Below are positions 46,624 to 56,087 of a stretch of DNA of 64,000 bases, piece by piece (position 1 is the stretch's first letter; each line of letters starts with the position of its first letter). Source of the DNA: Planctomycetaceae bacterium (GTDB lineage Bacteria > Planctomycetota > Planctomycetia > Planctomycetales > Planctomycetaceae); NCBI GenBank assembly GCA_046349675.1, contig JAXMBW010000020.1:2741-66740 (forward strand), given 5' to 3'. The notes beneath the pieces are model-generated. The model was not told the origin of the DNA and ran no database searches. It worked only from the letters and a program-made list of their open reading frames with translations. Both the position numbers and the translations under genes were made by a program.

Positions 46624-46803
46624 ATGTCTGAATTCCGTAACATACTGGGCATGTTTCTTCAGCTGGCGGGACTGACGTTTCTCCCATTCTTGATCCTCTG
46701 GCAGCTGAACTTTGGCTTTAATCTGCTGTGGATGCCGTCGATGACGCTGCTGGGTGTTGGTGTCTTTTTGATCGGCCATAAACTTCGCGATCGTGAACCG
46801 TGA
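46624..46803 (+). CDS. small (59 aa) two-TM membrane protein, hypothetical
   Basis: It is absent from the ORF track because it falls below the cutoff. The sequence is MSEFRNILGMFLQLAGLTFLPFLILWQLNFGFNLLWMPSMTLLGVGVFLIGHKLRDREP. It has two clear hydrophobic helices and a basic C-terminus. Its stop overlaps the next ORF. Confidence 0.5.
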   Translation: MSEFRNILGMFLQLAGLTFLPFLILWQLNFGFNLLWMPSMTLLGVGVFLIGHKLRDREP

Positions 46804-46814
46804 GGACGAATCGC

Positions 46815-48800
46815 ATGTGGCGACCTTGTGTGGCCATCGTCGTTGTGCTGGCGCTGATCACACAGAGCTGCCAACTTTCCGCCGCAGACGAGATCGCGGG
46901 CGAGCTGGTGGGGCTCAATGTCTCACTGGCTGCGGAGAAGCAGCTGGTCGTGTTTGATCAATTGGTCACAGCGGGAGAGTGGGCAGCGGCGATTGATCTG
47001 CTCGATCGACTCTCCGCAGACCCGAGCGATGTCCTCGTGAAGGCGTCCGCCGGGCGATACGTCGGGCTCCGCATCGCGATTCAGCAGCGACTGACCCGCC
47101 TGCCGCCCGCTGGTTTGGAAGCGTACCGCAAACGCACGACCTCTAACTCAGCGACACTCCTCGCGCGAGCTCGTGCGGAAGGCCGACCGGCTTTGCTCTG
47201 GCGTCTAGTCGAAGACTCAGCTGCAACGCCCGCCGGGCAATCAGCGACCCAGGATCTGGCAACTCAGGCCGCCACACGGGGAGATCTGGAGCTGGCCCTT
47301 CGCTTGTGGAGTCGGCTGTTGCCGCCGTCTCCCGCCGAGGTGCAGCCTGACTATCCGCCGATGCTCTCTGTTCCGTTGGCCGATCCCCAGCAGATCGAGT
47401 CTCTCACGCGAAAGGTCGACCTCACCCGGCAGCTGATCGGCTCACCACTCGCGGCATCCGAGCGACATGCCCTTCGCGAAAATGTCCCCTCGGGAGCTCA
47501 ACCCGCACTGTCGAAGGGCGGGGATCTCCCAGAGAACTCGCCTGCTCCCCCGAACCGCCCGCCGCGATTCGGGCCGGTCCGGTGGTCGACAGCTGCAACG
47601 GCCAATTGCCCAGAGCCCGAGTATCATGCCCCGCTCTCGCTGGCGGCGAGGTCGTCGGGGTTACTGGTGATCAATGATGGTTACGTGGTGCGAGCTGTTC
47701 AGGCTGCGACGGGAGATCCCTATTGGTCAACCAATTTGCCCGATGATGTGGGCGTCGTGTGGGAGTCTTCCGATTCAACACAGGAGTCGGCGTCGGAGCT
47801 GCCCTGTCGTATCGCGGGCGGTTTTTGCACGTCCGACCGCTACTTCGGCGTGCTGGGAGATGCACCGCGCTGGAGGGCCAGACCGGGTCTCATTCCGCTG
47901 TCCGGGTCTCTGATCGCGTTGGACCTGTCGATGGGTCAGGGGCGTCTCGACTGGCGAGTCGAATCGCGAGACCTGCCCGAATCGGACTGGCTGTTTCATG
48001 GAGCCCCTGCACTCGCCCGGGGCCATCTGCCCGGTGACGATCTGGTGGTCGTGCCGCTCTGCCGCCCCGATTCCCAGGTCGAACTGGCTGTCGCAGCCTT
48101 CTTCGCCGACGATGGACGGCTCGCCTGGTGGAGGCGAATCGGGACCAGTGCCGCAGCGCCCGGACGCCCACTCCCCGAGACCCAGCTGCTCGTGAGCGCG
48201 GGGCTGATCGTCGCTCGCACGCTGACGGGAGTGGTCGTCGCCGTCGACAGCCGACATGGTCAGATCGAGTGGGCTTCGACCGCGTTGGTTTCTTCACCCC
48301 CGACATTGAGGGGCTCGCATGCTTCATTGCTCGACGCCAGAGGTGGCTTGCTCGTTGTCGGCAGCCCCGCTCCGTCACGGACAGATCCGCCACAAGTCGC
48401 GGGGTTCTCGCTCGACAGTGGGGAGGAGGTCTGGCGACAGGCGATCCCCTTCCCGGTCCAGAGCGTCGTGTGTGCTGGAACCGAAAAGGTCCTCGTCGCC
48501 GGGTCCAGATTGCGAGCCATGGCATCGCAAAACGGAAGGCCATTGTGGGAACACGGGACAGAAGATCCCATTGGAGCGGGCACGGGCGCTCCCCGTGTCT
48601 ATAATTTGACCGTGGTGTGGCCCACCCGCACGGGACTCTGGGGAGTCGATCTGGCGAGCGGCACCATCGAGTTTGAGCGACGCATCACAATCGAGCCGGT
48701 GGCCCAGCCGATGGAGCTGCTGCCGGTCGGAACGTATTGGATGCTCGCCCGGCCCGATGCGGTTCTGTGTCTGCCCGACAGCAGCTCTCTCCATCCCTAG
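46815..48800 (+). CDS. secreted PQQ-like beta-propeller repeat protein
   Basis: It has the signal MWRPCVAIVVVLALITQSCQLSAA. Propeller blades are reiterated: VRAVQAATGDPYW, VAVDSRHGQIEW, LRAMASQNGRPLW and GVDLASGTIEF. Confidence 0.7.
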   Translation: MWRPCVAIVVVLALITQSCQLSAADEIAGELVGLNVSLAAEKQLVVFDQLVTAGEWAAAIDLLDRLSADPSDVLVKASAGRYVGLRIAIQQRLTRLPPAGLEAYRKRTTSNSATLLARARAEGRPALLWRLVEDSAATPAGQSATQDLATQAATRGDLELALRLWSRLLPPSPAEVQPDYPPMLSVPLADPQQIESLTRKVDLTRQLIGSPLAASERHALRENVPSGAQPALSKGGDLPENSPAPPNRPPRFGPVRWSTAATANCPEPEYHAPLSLAARSSGLLVINDGYVVRAVQAATGDPYWSTNLPDDVGVVWESSDSTQESASELPCRIAGGFCTSDRYFGVLGDAPRWRARPGLIPLSGSLIALDLSMGQGRLDWRVESRDLPESDWLFHGAPALARGHLPGDDLVVVPLCRPDSQVELAVAAFFADDGRLAWWRRIGTSAAAPGRPLPETQLLVSAGLIVARTLTGVVVAVDSRHGQIEWASTALVSSPPTLRGSHASLLDARGGLLVVGSPAPSRTDPPQVAGFSLDSGEEVWRQAIPFPVQSVVCAGTEKVLVAGSRLRAMASQNGRPLWEHGTEDPIGAGTGAPRVYNLTVVWPTRTGLWGVDLASGTIEFERRITIEPVAQPMELLPVGTYWMLARPDAVLCLPDSSSLHP

Positions 48801-48851
48801 CGGACCAGTCGATCGTCCGGCACTTCGTACGCCCCATCCATGTGATCTCCC

Positions 48852-49469
48852 ATGGCCCCCCGTGATCTTCCGATCGATCCTCGCGTTTCAGCCCCTGTCG
48901 CGGCGCGTCATGCCGCCGACAGCAGCGTGCTGGCGCTGCGGTTCATCGGCTTGAGTGTCGGGATTTTCGTAGCTGCGTTCGGTCTGGCTTGGGTCCTGGC
49001 TCAGTTGCTGGGAAGAAATCCGAGGGCGTCGGCTTGGACCATGGTGTTTCATCCTGCCTTTGCCATCAGCAGTGGATTGATGGTTTTTGGCAGCTATTGT
49101 CTGAGCCAATCGCTCGCCGCTGTGCGTAAGGAACGCCAACTGGAGTTCCGCATGTGGCTGAAGCGGGGGCTGCTGGCTGGTGGACTGTTCACCGCGGTGC
49201 AAACGTACGCATTGTGGGCCATCAGTGCGTTCGAGCGTGGCCCCGACGCCGCCTCGCGGGGAGTACGACCGTTTATCATCCTGCTCTGCACGCTGCACGC
49301 TTTGCACTTCGTCATCGCGATCATGAGCCTGGCCTACGTCACGGTGCGGGCCTATGCCGACAAGTACGACCACGAGTATCACTGGGGCGTGACGGTCTGC
49401 AACTTCTTCTGGCACTTCCTCGGAGTGGTCTGGGTCGGAGTGCTGGCGGTAATCATGATCGCGCTCTGA
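48852..49469 (+). CDS. heme-copper oxidase subunit III-like membrane protein
   Basis: LHALHFVIAIMSLAYV and FFWHFLGVVWVGVL parallel the COX3 blocks FHGLHV and YWHFVDVVWLF. Confidence 0.6.
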   Translation: MAPRDLPIDPRVSAPVAARHAADSSVLALRFIGLSVGIFVAAFGLAWVLAQLLGRNPRASAWTMVFHPAFAISSGLMVFGSYCLSQSLAAVRKERQLEFRMWLKRGLLAGGLFTAVQTYALWAISAFERGPDAASRGVRPFIILLCTLHALHFVIAIMSLAYVTVRAYADKYDHEYHWGVTVCNFFWHFLGVVWVGVLAVIMIAL

Positions 49470-49504
49470 GCCGGCCTGACCTCGGGCGTGTCACTCATGC
49501 GAAG

Positions 49505-50206
49505 TCAGCCGACGCGGGCTTCAGCTTCGCAGATCACCTGGTACGCCGACTGGCTGTCGGGAGCTTCCCGCAACTGGTCAATAAAGCCGGGCTGCTGCAG
49601 CATTCGTCCCAGTCGGGCCAGGACATGCAGGTGAGTTCTGGCATCTCGGCAGATCACCAGAAAAAACATATCGGTCAATGAATTGTTCGCGGCCCCGAAC
49701 GGAATCGGCGAAGGCGTTCGACCGAACGCAATGACCGAATCTCCGATCGCATCGGTCAACGTCTGCCGCGGGTGGGGGATGGCGACTCCCGAATCGAAGG
49801 CGGTCGACATCAGCTCTTCGCGTTCGAGGACTGCTTTCAGAACGGTGGCCGGCTCCCAGATCTGGTATGTCCGTCCAGCGACTTCGACGAGGCCTTCGAG
49901 GATGGATCTCTTTGTGCGGCCTTCGAGAGGGACCTGCACCGTTTCGAGCTTCATCAGGCTCGTGACGGGGATCTCCGGGTTGAGCTCGGGGGACGCCTGC
50001 GAGGACTCGATCGCCGACAACTCCGGGTCAGAGAAGGTCCGCATCTCCTGTTCGAGCCACTGCGTGACTTCGGTGGCCTGAAAGGTCCAGACGCCCCCCC
50101 GCTTGTGACCGGGAATTCGCCCGCGATTCACGAGCTTTTCGATCTCGCGAAGATCTCGCCCGAGTTGACGAGACAGCTCTTCCAAGGTGAACCAGTCATG
50201 AGCCAT
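49505..50206 (-). CDS. excisionase-type HTH domain fused to PTS EIIA-2 (PtsN-like) domain
   Basis: ATG 50206 gives MAHDWFTLEELSRQLGRDLREIEKLVNRGRIPGHK (HTH_17-like). The C-terminus has the FDSGVAIPHPR phospho-His loop of EIIA-2. Confidence 0.7.
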   Translation of the reverse strand: MAHDWFTLEELSRQLGRDLREIEKLVNRGRIPGHKRGGVWTFQATEVTQWLEQEMRTFSDPELSAIESSQASPELNPEIPVTSLMKLETVQVPLEGRTKRSILEGLVEVAGRTYQIWEPATVLKAVLEREELMSTAFDSGVAIPHPRQTLTDAIGDSVIAFGRTPSPIPFGAANNSLTDMFFLVICRDARTHLHVLARLGRMLQQPGFIDQLREAPDSQSAYQVICEAEARVG

Positions 50207-50312
50207 GACGCACGGAGGGGTAAGCAGGCAGGAACTCAGGGGAGGCACAGGCGGGGCCACCGATCCTTCGCCCTCAGAAGACTGAGTTCTGGCGACTGGC
50301 AAACCGGGCCGA

Positions 50313-51239
50313 TCAACGGGCGTTGACGGGAACCAGCGAGCCCAAGGACTGGAGGCAGCGGCTCATTAGAGTTTCGGGGTCCTGTTTCCACAAGTCCCGC
50401 GACCAGACTTCCAGCTCGTACCACCCCTGGTAACCGGTCGACTCGATGGCAGCCAGAATCTCGGCCAGCGGCAATCGGCCCTCTCCGGGCAGTCGACGGT
50501 CAGCATCGCTGCTGGTCGGAACCCAATCACTGACCTGAACCGATCCGATCAATGGCCCCATCGATTCGATTCGTTGGAGCAGGTTCTTCTCCCGCCCCAG
50601 GTGATAGGTCCCGAGAGCCAGCCCGACGTGGGAGCTGCGAAACTCGTCGAGCACGCCCATCGCCATGTCGAGAGAGCTGAGGAACGTCCATTCGCGATAC
50701 ACGGGAGACATCGGCTGCAGCACCAGCTTCACCCCAGCTGTCTGCGCCACGGGGAGGAGCTCTTCCAGCCCCATCAGCAACAGCCGGCGGGCATGCTTTC
50801 GCAAATGCCCGGCGTACGGGCCTGAAACGACTCGCACCACCGGAGCACGAACTGCCCGCGCCATCTCGATGAGCTGGGTGCCTTCGCGAATGGCATCATC
50901 GAATGAGTATTCGTTGTAGCCCGTGAAGCCGCCAATCACCCCCAGGCTCGACACCTGCAGCGGGCTGCCAGCGAGTTCCCCAACGATGTCGGCGGGTGAC
51001 AACTCCTGCAGTTTGAGATGCGAAAGTCCGATCCCGGGAACGCCCGACTGCTCCAGCAGCGCGAGTTCTTCCTCGAAGGGACACTTCAGCAACGTGGTCT
51101 GGTGGATCGAGACCCGTGACCACCAGTCGGGGCGTTCGACCACGGGCGCGGTCGCCAGGCTTTTTCGATCACTGCGGGGACGGCCGAGCCAATTCAATAA
51201 ACGACGTGGCAGCGACATGCGAACAGTACTCCGGAACAT
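50313..51239 (-). CDS. sugar phosphate isomerase/epimerase (xylose-isomerase-like TIM barrel)
   Basis: 308 aa. It has VVRVVSGP, KLVLQPM and GWYELEV blocks typical of the AP_endonuc_2 TIM-barrel family. Confidence 0.65.
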   Translation of the reverse strand: MFRSTVRMSLPRRLLNWLGRPRSDRKSLATAPVVERPDWWSRVSIHQTTLLKCPFEEELALLEQSGVPGIGLSHLKLQELSPADIVGELAGSPLQVSSLGVIGGFTGYNEYSFDDAIREGTQLIEMARAVRAPVVRVVSGPYAGHLRKHARRLLLMGLEELLPVAQTAGVKLVLQPMSPVYREWTFLSSLDMAMGVLDEFRSSHVGLALGTYHLGREKNLLQRIESMGPLIGSVQVSDWVPTSSDADRRLPGEGRLPLAEILAAIESTGYQGWYELEVWSRDLWKQDPETLMSRCLQSLGSLVPVNAR

Positions 51240-51292
51240 GTGGGACTGGCCTCAGCTCACAATGCAGAGGCCAACTCGCAGTGCGAGCCACA

Positions 51293-52348
51293 TCATCCGG
51301 AGTGCGTGTTCAACGCCACGTCTGGACTGTCCGCGACGTTCACCCACACATGCACATGCGGGGCACCTCGGTAGTACCAAACAAAGCTTGGCCCTTCGAG
51401 CCGCCAATAATCCCAGACCTGGTCATTCCCCAGATCATCGGCGTTGTAGTACGCGAGCGAGCAGCGATCGAGGCCCCCCGCCTTGTCGAGGCACTGCAGG
51501 GCCTCGTTTCGATCGGTTTGACGATAAGGCTCGAGCAAGGTCTTGAGAACATCCTGCACCACAGCCTTCTGATCGGCGGTCATGTCGGCAATCGGCAGAC
51601 CGGGGAAGACTCCCTTGTCTCCCTGGAAGGCGACTGAGCTCTCCTCGGGGATATCGCCGACGAGAGCCTTCTCGCGTTGCTTGCCATCGAGAATCTTGAA
51701 CAGCGAGTTCGCTTTGAGGGCCTGCGGCCAGAAGACATTGCCGGGGTGATCCTTCAACTCATCAAAGGTCGGGGCATGTCCATAGAACATCGGTCCGCCA
51801 AACGCGACATGGTCCGCCGAGTTGCCATCGCAGCGCAGCGTCAGGTGCCGACCGGTCATCACAAACTCGAACTTGTCATTCACGTCGCCAAAGAGAGCGA
51901 TCGTCTGAGCCTTGCCGTAGCCCCCCGCATCGTCCTTGAGCTGCTTGCGAATCCGCTCGTGCCACTCAGGGTTGTACAGGCCGAAGAAGATCGCCTCGAT
52001 CATGTCCCGCTGATCGGACGTGAAGAAGTCGCTGCCCACCGTGAGGGTCTTCGGATCGGTGATGTTCCAGTTGTTCGAGACAAACGTGCGCAGCAGACCG
52101 CGATTGTCTTTGTAGTCCCACGGGAAGCAGATCTTGGACTTCTGCTGCTCGGAGAGCGAGGCATGCAGCTTCTTGACCAGCGTCTCGGATTCTGGAGGCG
52201 AAGCCTTGGGGGCATCTTCAGCTCGCGCGACATTACCTCCCAACACTCCAACTACAGCTGCCCCGGCCAAACCGGTTTGCACGAAGTCTCGACGAGTCCA
52301 TGACGCATCTGGACGACCGCAATCGCTGCACGGTGGTGTGGGGAACAT
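51293..52348 (-). CDS. Tat-exported DUF3500-like protein
   Basis: It has the SWTRRDFVQTGLAGAAVVGVLGG twin-arginine leader. LHASLSEQQKSKICFPWD resembles the DUF3500 N-terminal block. ATG 52348 is preferred over 52456. Confidence 0.55.
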   Translation of the reverse strand: MFPTPPCSDCGRPDASWTRRDFVQTGLAGAAVVGVLGGNVARAEDAPKASPPESETLVKKLHASLSEQQKSKICFPWDYKDNRGLLRTFVSNNWNITDPKTLTVGSDFFTSDQRDMIEAIFFGLYNPEWHERIRKQLKDDAGGYGKAQTIALFGDVNDKFEFVMTGRHLTLRCDGNSADHVAFGGPMFYGHAPTFDELKDHPGNVFWPQALKANSLFKILDGKQREKALVGDIPEESSVAFQGDKGVFPGLPIADMTADQKAVVQDVLKTLLEPYRQTDRNEALQCLDKAGGLDRCSLAYYNADDLGNDQVWDYWRLEGPSFVWYYRGAPHVHVWVNVADSPDVALNTHSG

Positions 52349-52656
52349 CGCCGACTCCGGAAGAATGAGGGGAACAAAGCCAGCGGTAGTATGCGCTGAT
52401 CGAAACGTTCTCGACAAGACGCAACACTCCGCCATTTCGATGAAAATGTTTGGCATGGATTTATTGAATCAGGCTGCGTTGACAGAGAGGGAGATTGACG
52501 GCAGATGTATTCGCGAGTTCGATCCGTTGAATCCAGCCGATTGATGAAGGATGACGATCAGGCAGGAATGGAGTTGTCGACTCTCGACATGGCACTGCGT
52601 CCAAGGCATGATGCTCTCTGGTGCGGAGCACTTGCGAACGAGACATCATCGGAAGG

Positions 52657-53634
52657 ATGACCATCTTGCCACTTCACGCAGCGTCCCCATGGGCGACCAG
52701 CCTGATTGTTCTGCTCGGAGCCTGCTCTGTTGTCGCAGCTGCGGATGAGCGACCTGCGGAACGCCCCCCCGCACCACCACAAGCGGTTTCGCTCTCCATC
52801 GAGCCATCCCCCACAGCCAAGCCGCTCAACCCCAACCGAACTGTATGGCTCGATGTGGCGAACAAGAAGGTTGTCCTGAGCGGGTACCTCTGTCTGCGCG
52901 AGGGACTGCTGGAGATGCTCGTCTGTAAGCAGCAGACGAAAGAGCACGAATCGATCATCGCGATCGACGCGGAGGCCTATGTGATTCACGCCGCCTTGGT
53001 CGCGCTGGGGGCCAAGCCGGGAACGCCCGTCCGTTTTCAGCCCGAGTTCCAACCTCCCACCGGGCAGAAGATCGATATCTTTGTCAGCTGGACGGATGAC
53101 TTCGGTCGGCCTCATCGTTACGCAGCCCAGCAACTGATCCGTAAGGCCACCCAGCGGTACTACACGGCGGTGATCGATCCGCTCCCCAAGGAGTTAAAGA
53201 TCGATAATCGTGGCGACCTGCGCTATGACCCGAACACCAAAGAGCTGATTTGGTTCGGCCGCATGTCCGAGGAACAGAAGCTAGAACTTCTCACCCGCAG
53301 TCCGAACACAGAATACCGGAAGGCCATCGAAGAGTTCTTCGCCAGCAGCCAGCCCCAAGAGTTGAAAGCAGACTTCGTCTTTGCGGGGAGTCAGTTCTTC
53401 AAGCAGAAGGACGGGTCTCAGTATTATATGGCGGAGGCGGGCGACATCGTCTGTGTCGCCAACTTCGGCGACGCGATGATCGACATCACCACCCGCAGCT
53501 CCGCCGACAACGCCGGGCTGATGTTTGAGCCGTACACGGAGCGGTTGCCCAACCGCCGGACCGCAATTACTGTCGATTTGATCCCGGTTGACCTGGACGA
53601 GAAGGCCACCCCCAGCCCTGAAAAGAAGCCGTAA
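52657..53634 (+). CDS. secreted hypothetical protein (YdjY-like?)
   Basis: It has the signal MTILPLHAASPWATSLIVLLGACSVVAAA. The central GLLEMLVCKQQTKEHESII..IHAALVALGAKPGTP block is the only recognisable pattern. Confidence 0.45.
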   Translation: MTILPLHAASPWATSLIVLLGACSVVAAADERPAERPPAPPQAVSLSIEPSPTAKPLNPNRTVWLDVANKKVVLSGYLCLREGLLEMLVCKQQTKEHESIIAIDAEAYVIHAALVALGAKPGTPVRFQPEFQPPTGQKIDIFVSWTDDFGRPHRYAAQQLIRKATQRYYTAVIDPLPKELKIDNRGDLRYDPNTKELIWFGRMSEEQKLELLTRSPNTEYRKAIEEFFASSQPQELKADFVFAGSQFFKQKDGSQYYMAEAGDIVCVANFGDAMIDITTRSSADNAGLMFEPYTERLPNRRTAITVDLIPVDLDEKATPSPEKKP

Positions 53635-53894
53635 ATCATCCACAAGCCTATTGGCCATTTCACGTTGCGGCTGAAATCCAATCACTGAATCGCCGTGATC
53701 CCCCTTGCCTTGAATGATGCAGGCCTGTACGCAATAATGCCCACTTCCCCTTGAGGATGGGTGCGTAGCCACTTATCGTCAGGGTCGGCGGACCGGCGGT
53801 GTCACTGACCGGATTCCCAGTCTGAGATCGATGCGGCTGTCATCGCACAGCCCACTCCGAAGAGGTCTTCGGAGGCACGAAAGGGACATGGCAC

Positions 53895-54503
53895 ATGGGG
53901 CGTTACACTGGCCCAAAGGCTCGCGTTAATCGCCGGCTGAATTTTCAGGTTTACGAAAGCGCCGGAGCTGTCAGAGCTTCGGAGCGCAAAGCGTATCCAC
54001 CGGGTCAGGCGACCCGTCGTAAGAAGCTGTCAAACTACGGTACAGCTCTGAACGAAAAGCAGAAGATCAAGCACTACTTCGGGTTGCGTGAAAAGCAACT
54101 GCGTCGTTACTTCGCCAAAGCCCGCCGCATGAAGGGTAACACCGGGGATCATCTCCTGGTGCAGTGCGAGCGTCGCTTGGACAATGCCGTCCGTCGTGCT
54201 GGTTTCACCATCACCCGGATGCAGGCTCGGCAGGGCGTGGCTCACGGCCACTTCCAGGTCAACGGTCGCACCGTCACGATTCCTTCGTTCCAGGTCTCGG
54301 CCGGTGACATCATCACCGTCAAGAACCGTCCGAACCTGAAGGAACTCTACACTCAGCTGACAGCTTCGGCTCAGAGCTATGAGTGTGCGTGGCTGGCAAT
54401 GGATCGTGACGAGCTCAAGGCTGTTGTCACGACCGTTCCGAGTGCCGCTGACATCAGCCTGCCGGTGAACGCCGGTGTGGTGGTCGCGTTCCTCGCACGT
54501 TAA
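53895..54503 (+). CDS. rpsD: 30S ribosomal protein S4
   Basis: MGRYTGPKARVNRRL marks the start. The C-terminal S4 RNA-binding domain has RLDNAVRRAGF and VNGRTVTIPSFQV. Confidence 0.95.
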   Translation: MGRYTGPKARVNRRLNFQVYESAGAVRASERKAYPPGQATRRKKLSNYGTALNEKQKIKHYFGLREKQLRRYFAKARRMKGNTGDHLLVQCERRLDNAVRRAGFTITRMQARQGVAHGHFQVNGRTVTIPSFQVSAGDIITVKNRPNLKELYTQLTASAQSYECAWLAMDRDELKAVVTTVPSAADISLPVNAGVVVAFLAR

Positions 54504-54528
54504 TCACAACGACATCGTTGAAACACAA

Positions 54529-54566
54529 AACACCCGGTGGCTCATTCTTGGGCGACCGGGTGTTTT
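54529..54566 (+). terminator. intrinsic terminator of rpsD
   Basis: A perfect 10-bp stem pairs AACACCCGGT (54529-54538) with ACCGGGTGTT (54555-54564). It runs into TTTT. Confidence 0.7.
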
Positions 54567-54666
54567 CGTGCTGTTTGCATCGCGACTGAGTGCTCGAAGC
54601 GATCATCATCGCCGGTATGATCGGGACCTCTCCTGCAAGCTGGCCAGCAATATCAACCTGTGTGGC

Positions 54667-55944
54667 ATGTCGGTGAACCAACTCATCCGCGAGATCGGCA
54701 AATGGACACTGCTGTGCCTTGCACTCGGCCTGCTGACGGGGTCGGTGTGTGCCCTTTTCCTCTGGTCCCTCGATCTAGTAACCCTTCAGAGAGTCGCCCA
54801 CCCCGATCTCATGTGGGGACTGCCGGTGGCTGGCCTTGCGATTGGCTGGCTCTCGTTGCGAGTCGGTCCGGAGATCAACTCGGGCAACAATCTCGTCATT
54901 CGCGAAATCAAGAGTCCTCAGCACGGGGTGCCGCTTCTTATGGCCCCGTTTGTTCTAGTGGGTACGCTGCTGACGCATCTCTTCGGCGGGTCCGCCGGTC
55001 GTGAGGGAACCGCCGTGCAGATGGGGGCCAGTATCGCGGGCGGGCTGGCTCGCTTATTTCCGCGACTGTCCGATCGCGATACCCGCGTGCTGCTGATGGC
55101 GGGCGTCGCTGCTGGCTTTGGGGGAGTCTTCGGGACTCCGATGGCGGGAGCGATTTTCGCGCTGGAGCTTGCCGCATTAGGTCGACTCGAAACCCGGGCC
55201 ATGGTGCCCTGCCTAGCCGCGGCCGTTTTGAGTGACCTCGTTTGCGATGCTTGGGGGATTCAACACACGTCGTACGCCGTGCAGAGTCTCGTGCATCCAG
55301 CTGCGGCGTTGCGTCTGACCCCGCTGACCGGGCGACTCATGCTGGGCTGTGTCGTGGGAGGAGTGCTGTTCGGCCTGACAGCCCGACTCTTTGCGGGGAT
55401 GACCCACACGATCCAGGGACTGCTCAGCCGATGGATCAAACACCCGCTGCTGCGTCCGATGCTGGGCGGGTGCCTTATCATCGCTCTCGTCTATCTGGTT
55501 GGCAGTCGTGACTACCTGGGGCTGGGAGTTTCATCGGCTGACCCCGCAGCTGTGACCATCACGCGAGCCTTCGAGCCGGGAGGCGTTCACACCTGGAGCT
55601 GGTGGTGGAAGCTGGTCTTCACAGCTGTGACGCTGGGGAGTGGATTCAAAGGGGGCGAGGCGACGCCGCTGTTCTTTATCGGAGCAGCACTGGGCAACAT
55701 CCTCGGAGTCTGGCTCGGTGTGCCAGTCGACCTGATGGCGGCGATGGGATTCGTCGCGGTCTTCGCTGGAGCGACTCATACACCGATCGCTTGTGCGGTC
55801 ATGGCTGGGGAGTTGTTTGGCGCGGAGTCGATCATGTACTTCACAGCCAGTTGCTTGATTGCAAATCATTTCAGCGGCGAAGGGGTGTATCCCGCTCAGC
55901 GTTCGATAGTGGCCCACACCGATAATGGGGAGACAGTCCGTTAA
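54667..55944 (+). CDS. ClC family voltage-gated chloride channel / H+-Cl- antiporter
   Basis: GSAGREGTAVQMG (GREGT selectivity motif) and GVFGTPMAGAIFALE are present. The ORF is open from 54475, but that extension overlaps rpsD and its terminator. Confidence 0.85.
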   Translation: MSVNQLIREIGKWTLLCLALGLLTGSVCALFLWSLDLVTLQRVAHPDLMWGLPVAGLAIGWLSLRVGPEINSGNNLVIREIKSPQHGVPLLMAPFVLVGTLLTHLFGGSAGREGTAVQMGASIAGGLARLFPRLSDRDTRVLLMAGVAAGFGGVFGTPMAGAIFALELAALGRLETRAMVPCLAAAVLSDLVCDAWGIQHTSYAVQSLVHPAAALRLTPLTGRLMLGCVVGGVLFGLTARLFAGMTHTIQGLLSRWIKHPLLRPMLGGCLIIALVYLVGSRDYLGLGVSSADPAAVTITRAFEPGGVHTWSWWWKLVFTAVTLGSGFKGGEATPLFFIGAALGNILGVWLGVPVDLMAAMGFVAVFAGATHTPIACAVMAGELFGAESIMYFTASCLIANHFSGEGVYPAQRSIVAHTDNGETVR

Positions 55945-56001
55945 CCGGCAGGCAGCGAGGGCAAACGTTAACGAGAACGAATCGGTCGGTTGAGCAGACA
56001 G

Positions 56002-56023
56002 GGACAGACAGGAATGTCTGTCC
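56002..56023. repeat. REP-like palindromic hairpin
   Basis: GGACAGAC-AGGAAT-GTCTGTCC is a perfect copy. It lies between the convergent stops at 55944 and 56088. Confidence 0.85.
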
Positions 56024-56087
56024 TACTGGGCGCCGAGGCATCGAAACCGCGGTGTTCTGCCCGTGCACTGGACGCGGCACTGGCCGA

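Noticed and set aside
54475-54666. N-terminal extension of the ClC ORF
   Set aside because: It overlaps the 3' end of rpsD and contains the rpsD terminator hairpin. ATG 54667 gives a normal ClC N-terminus.
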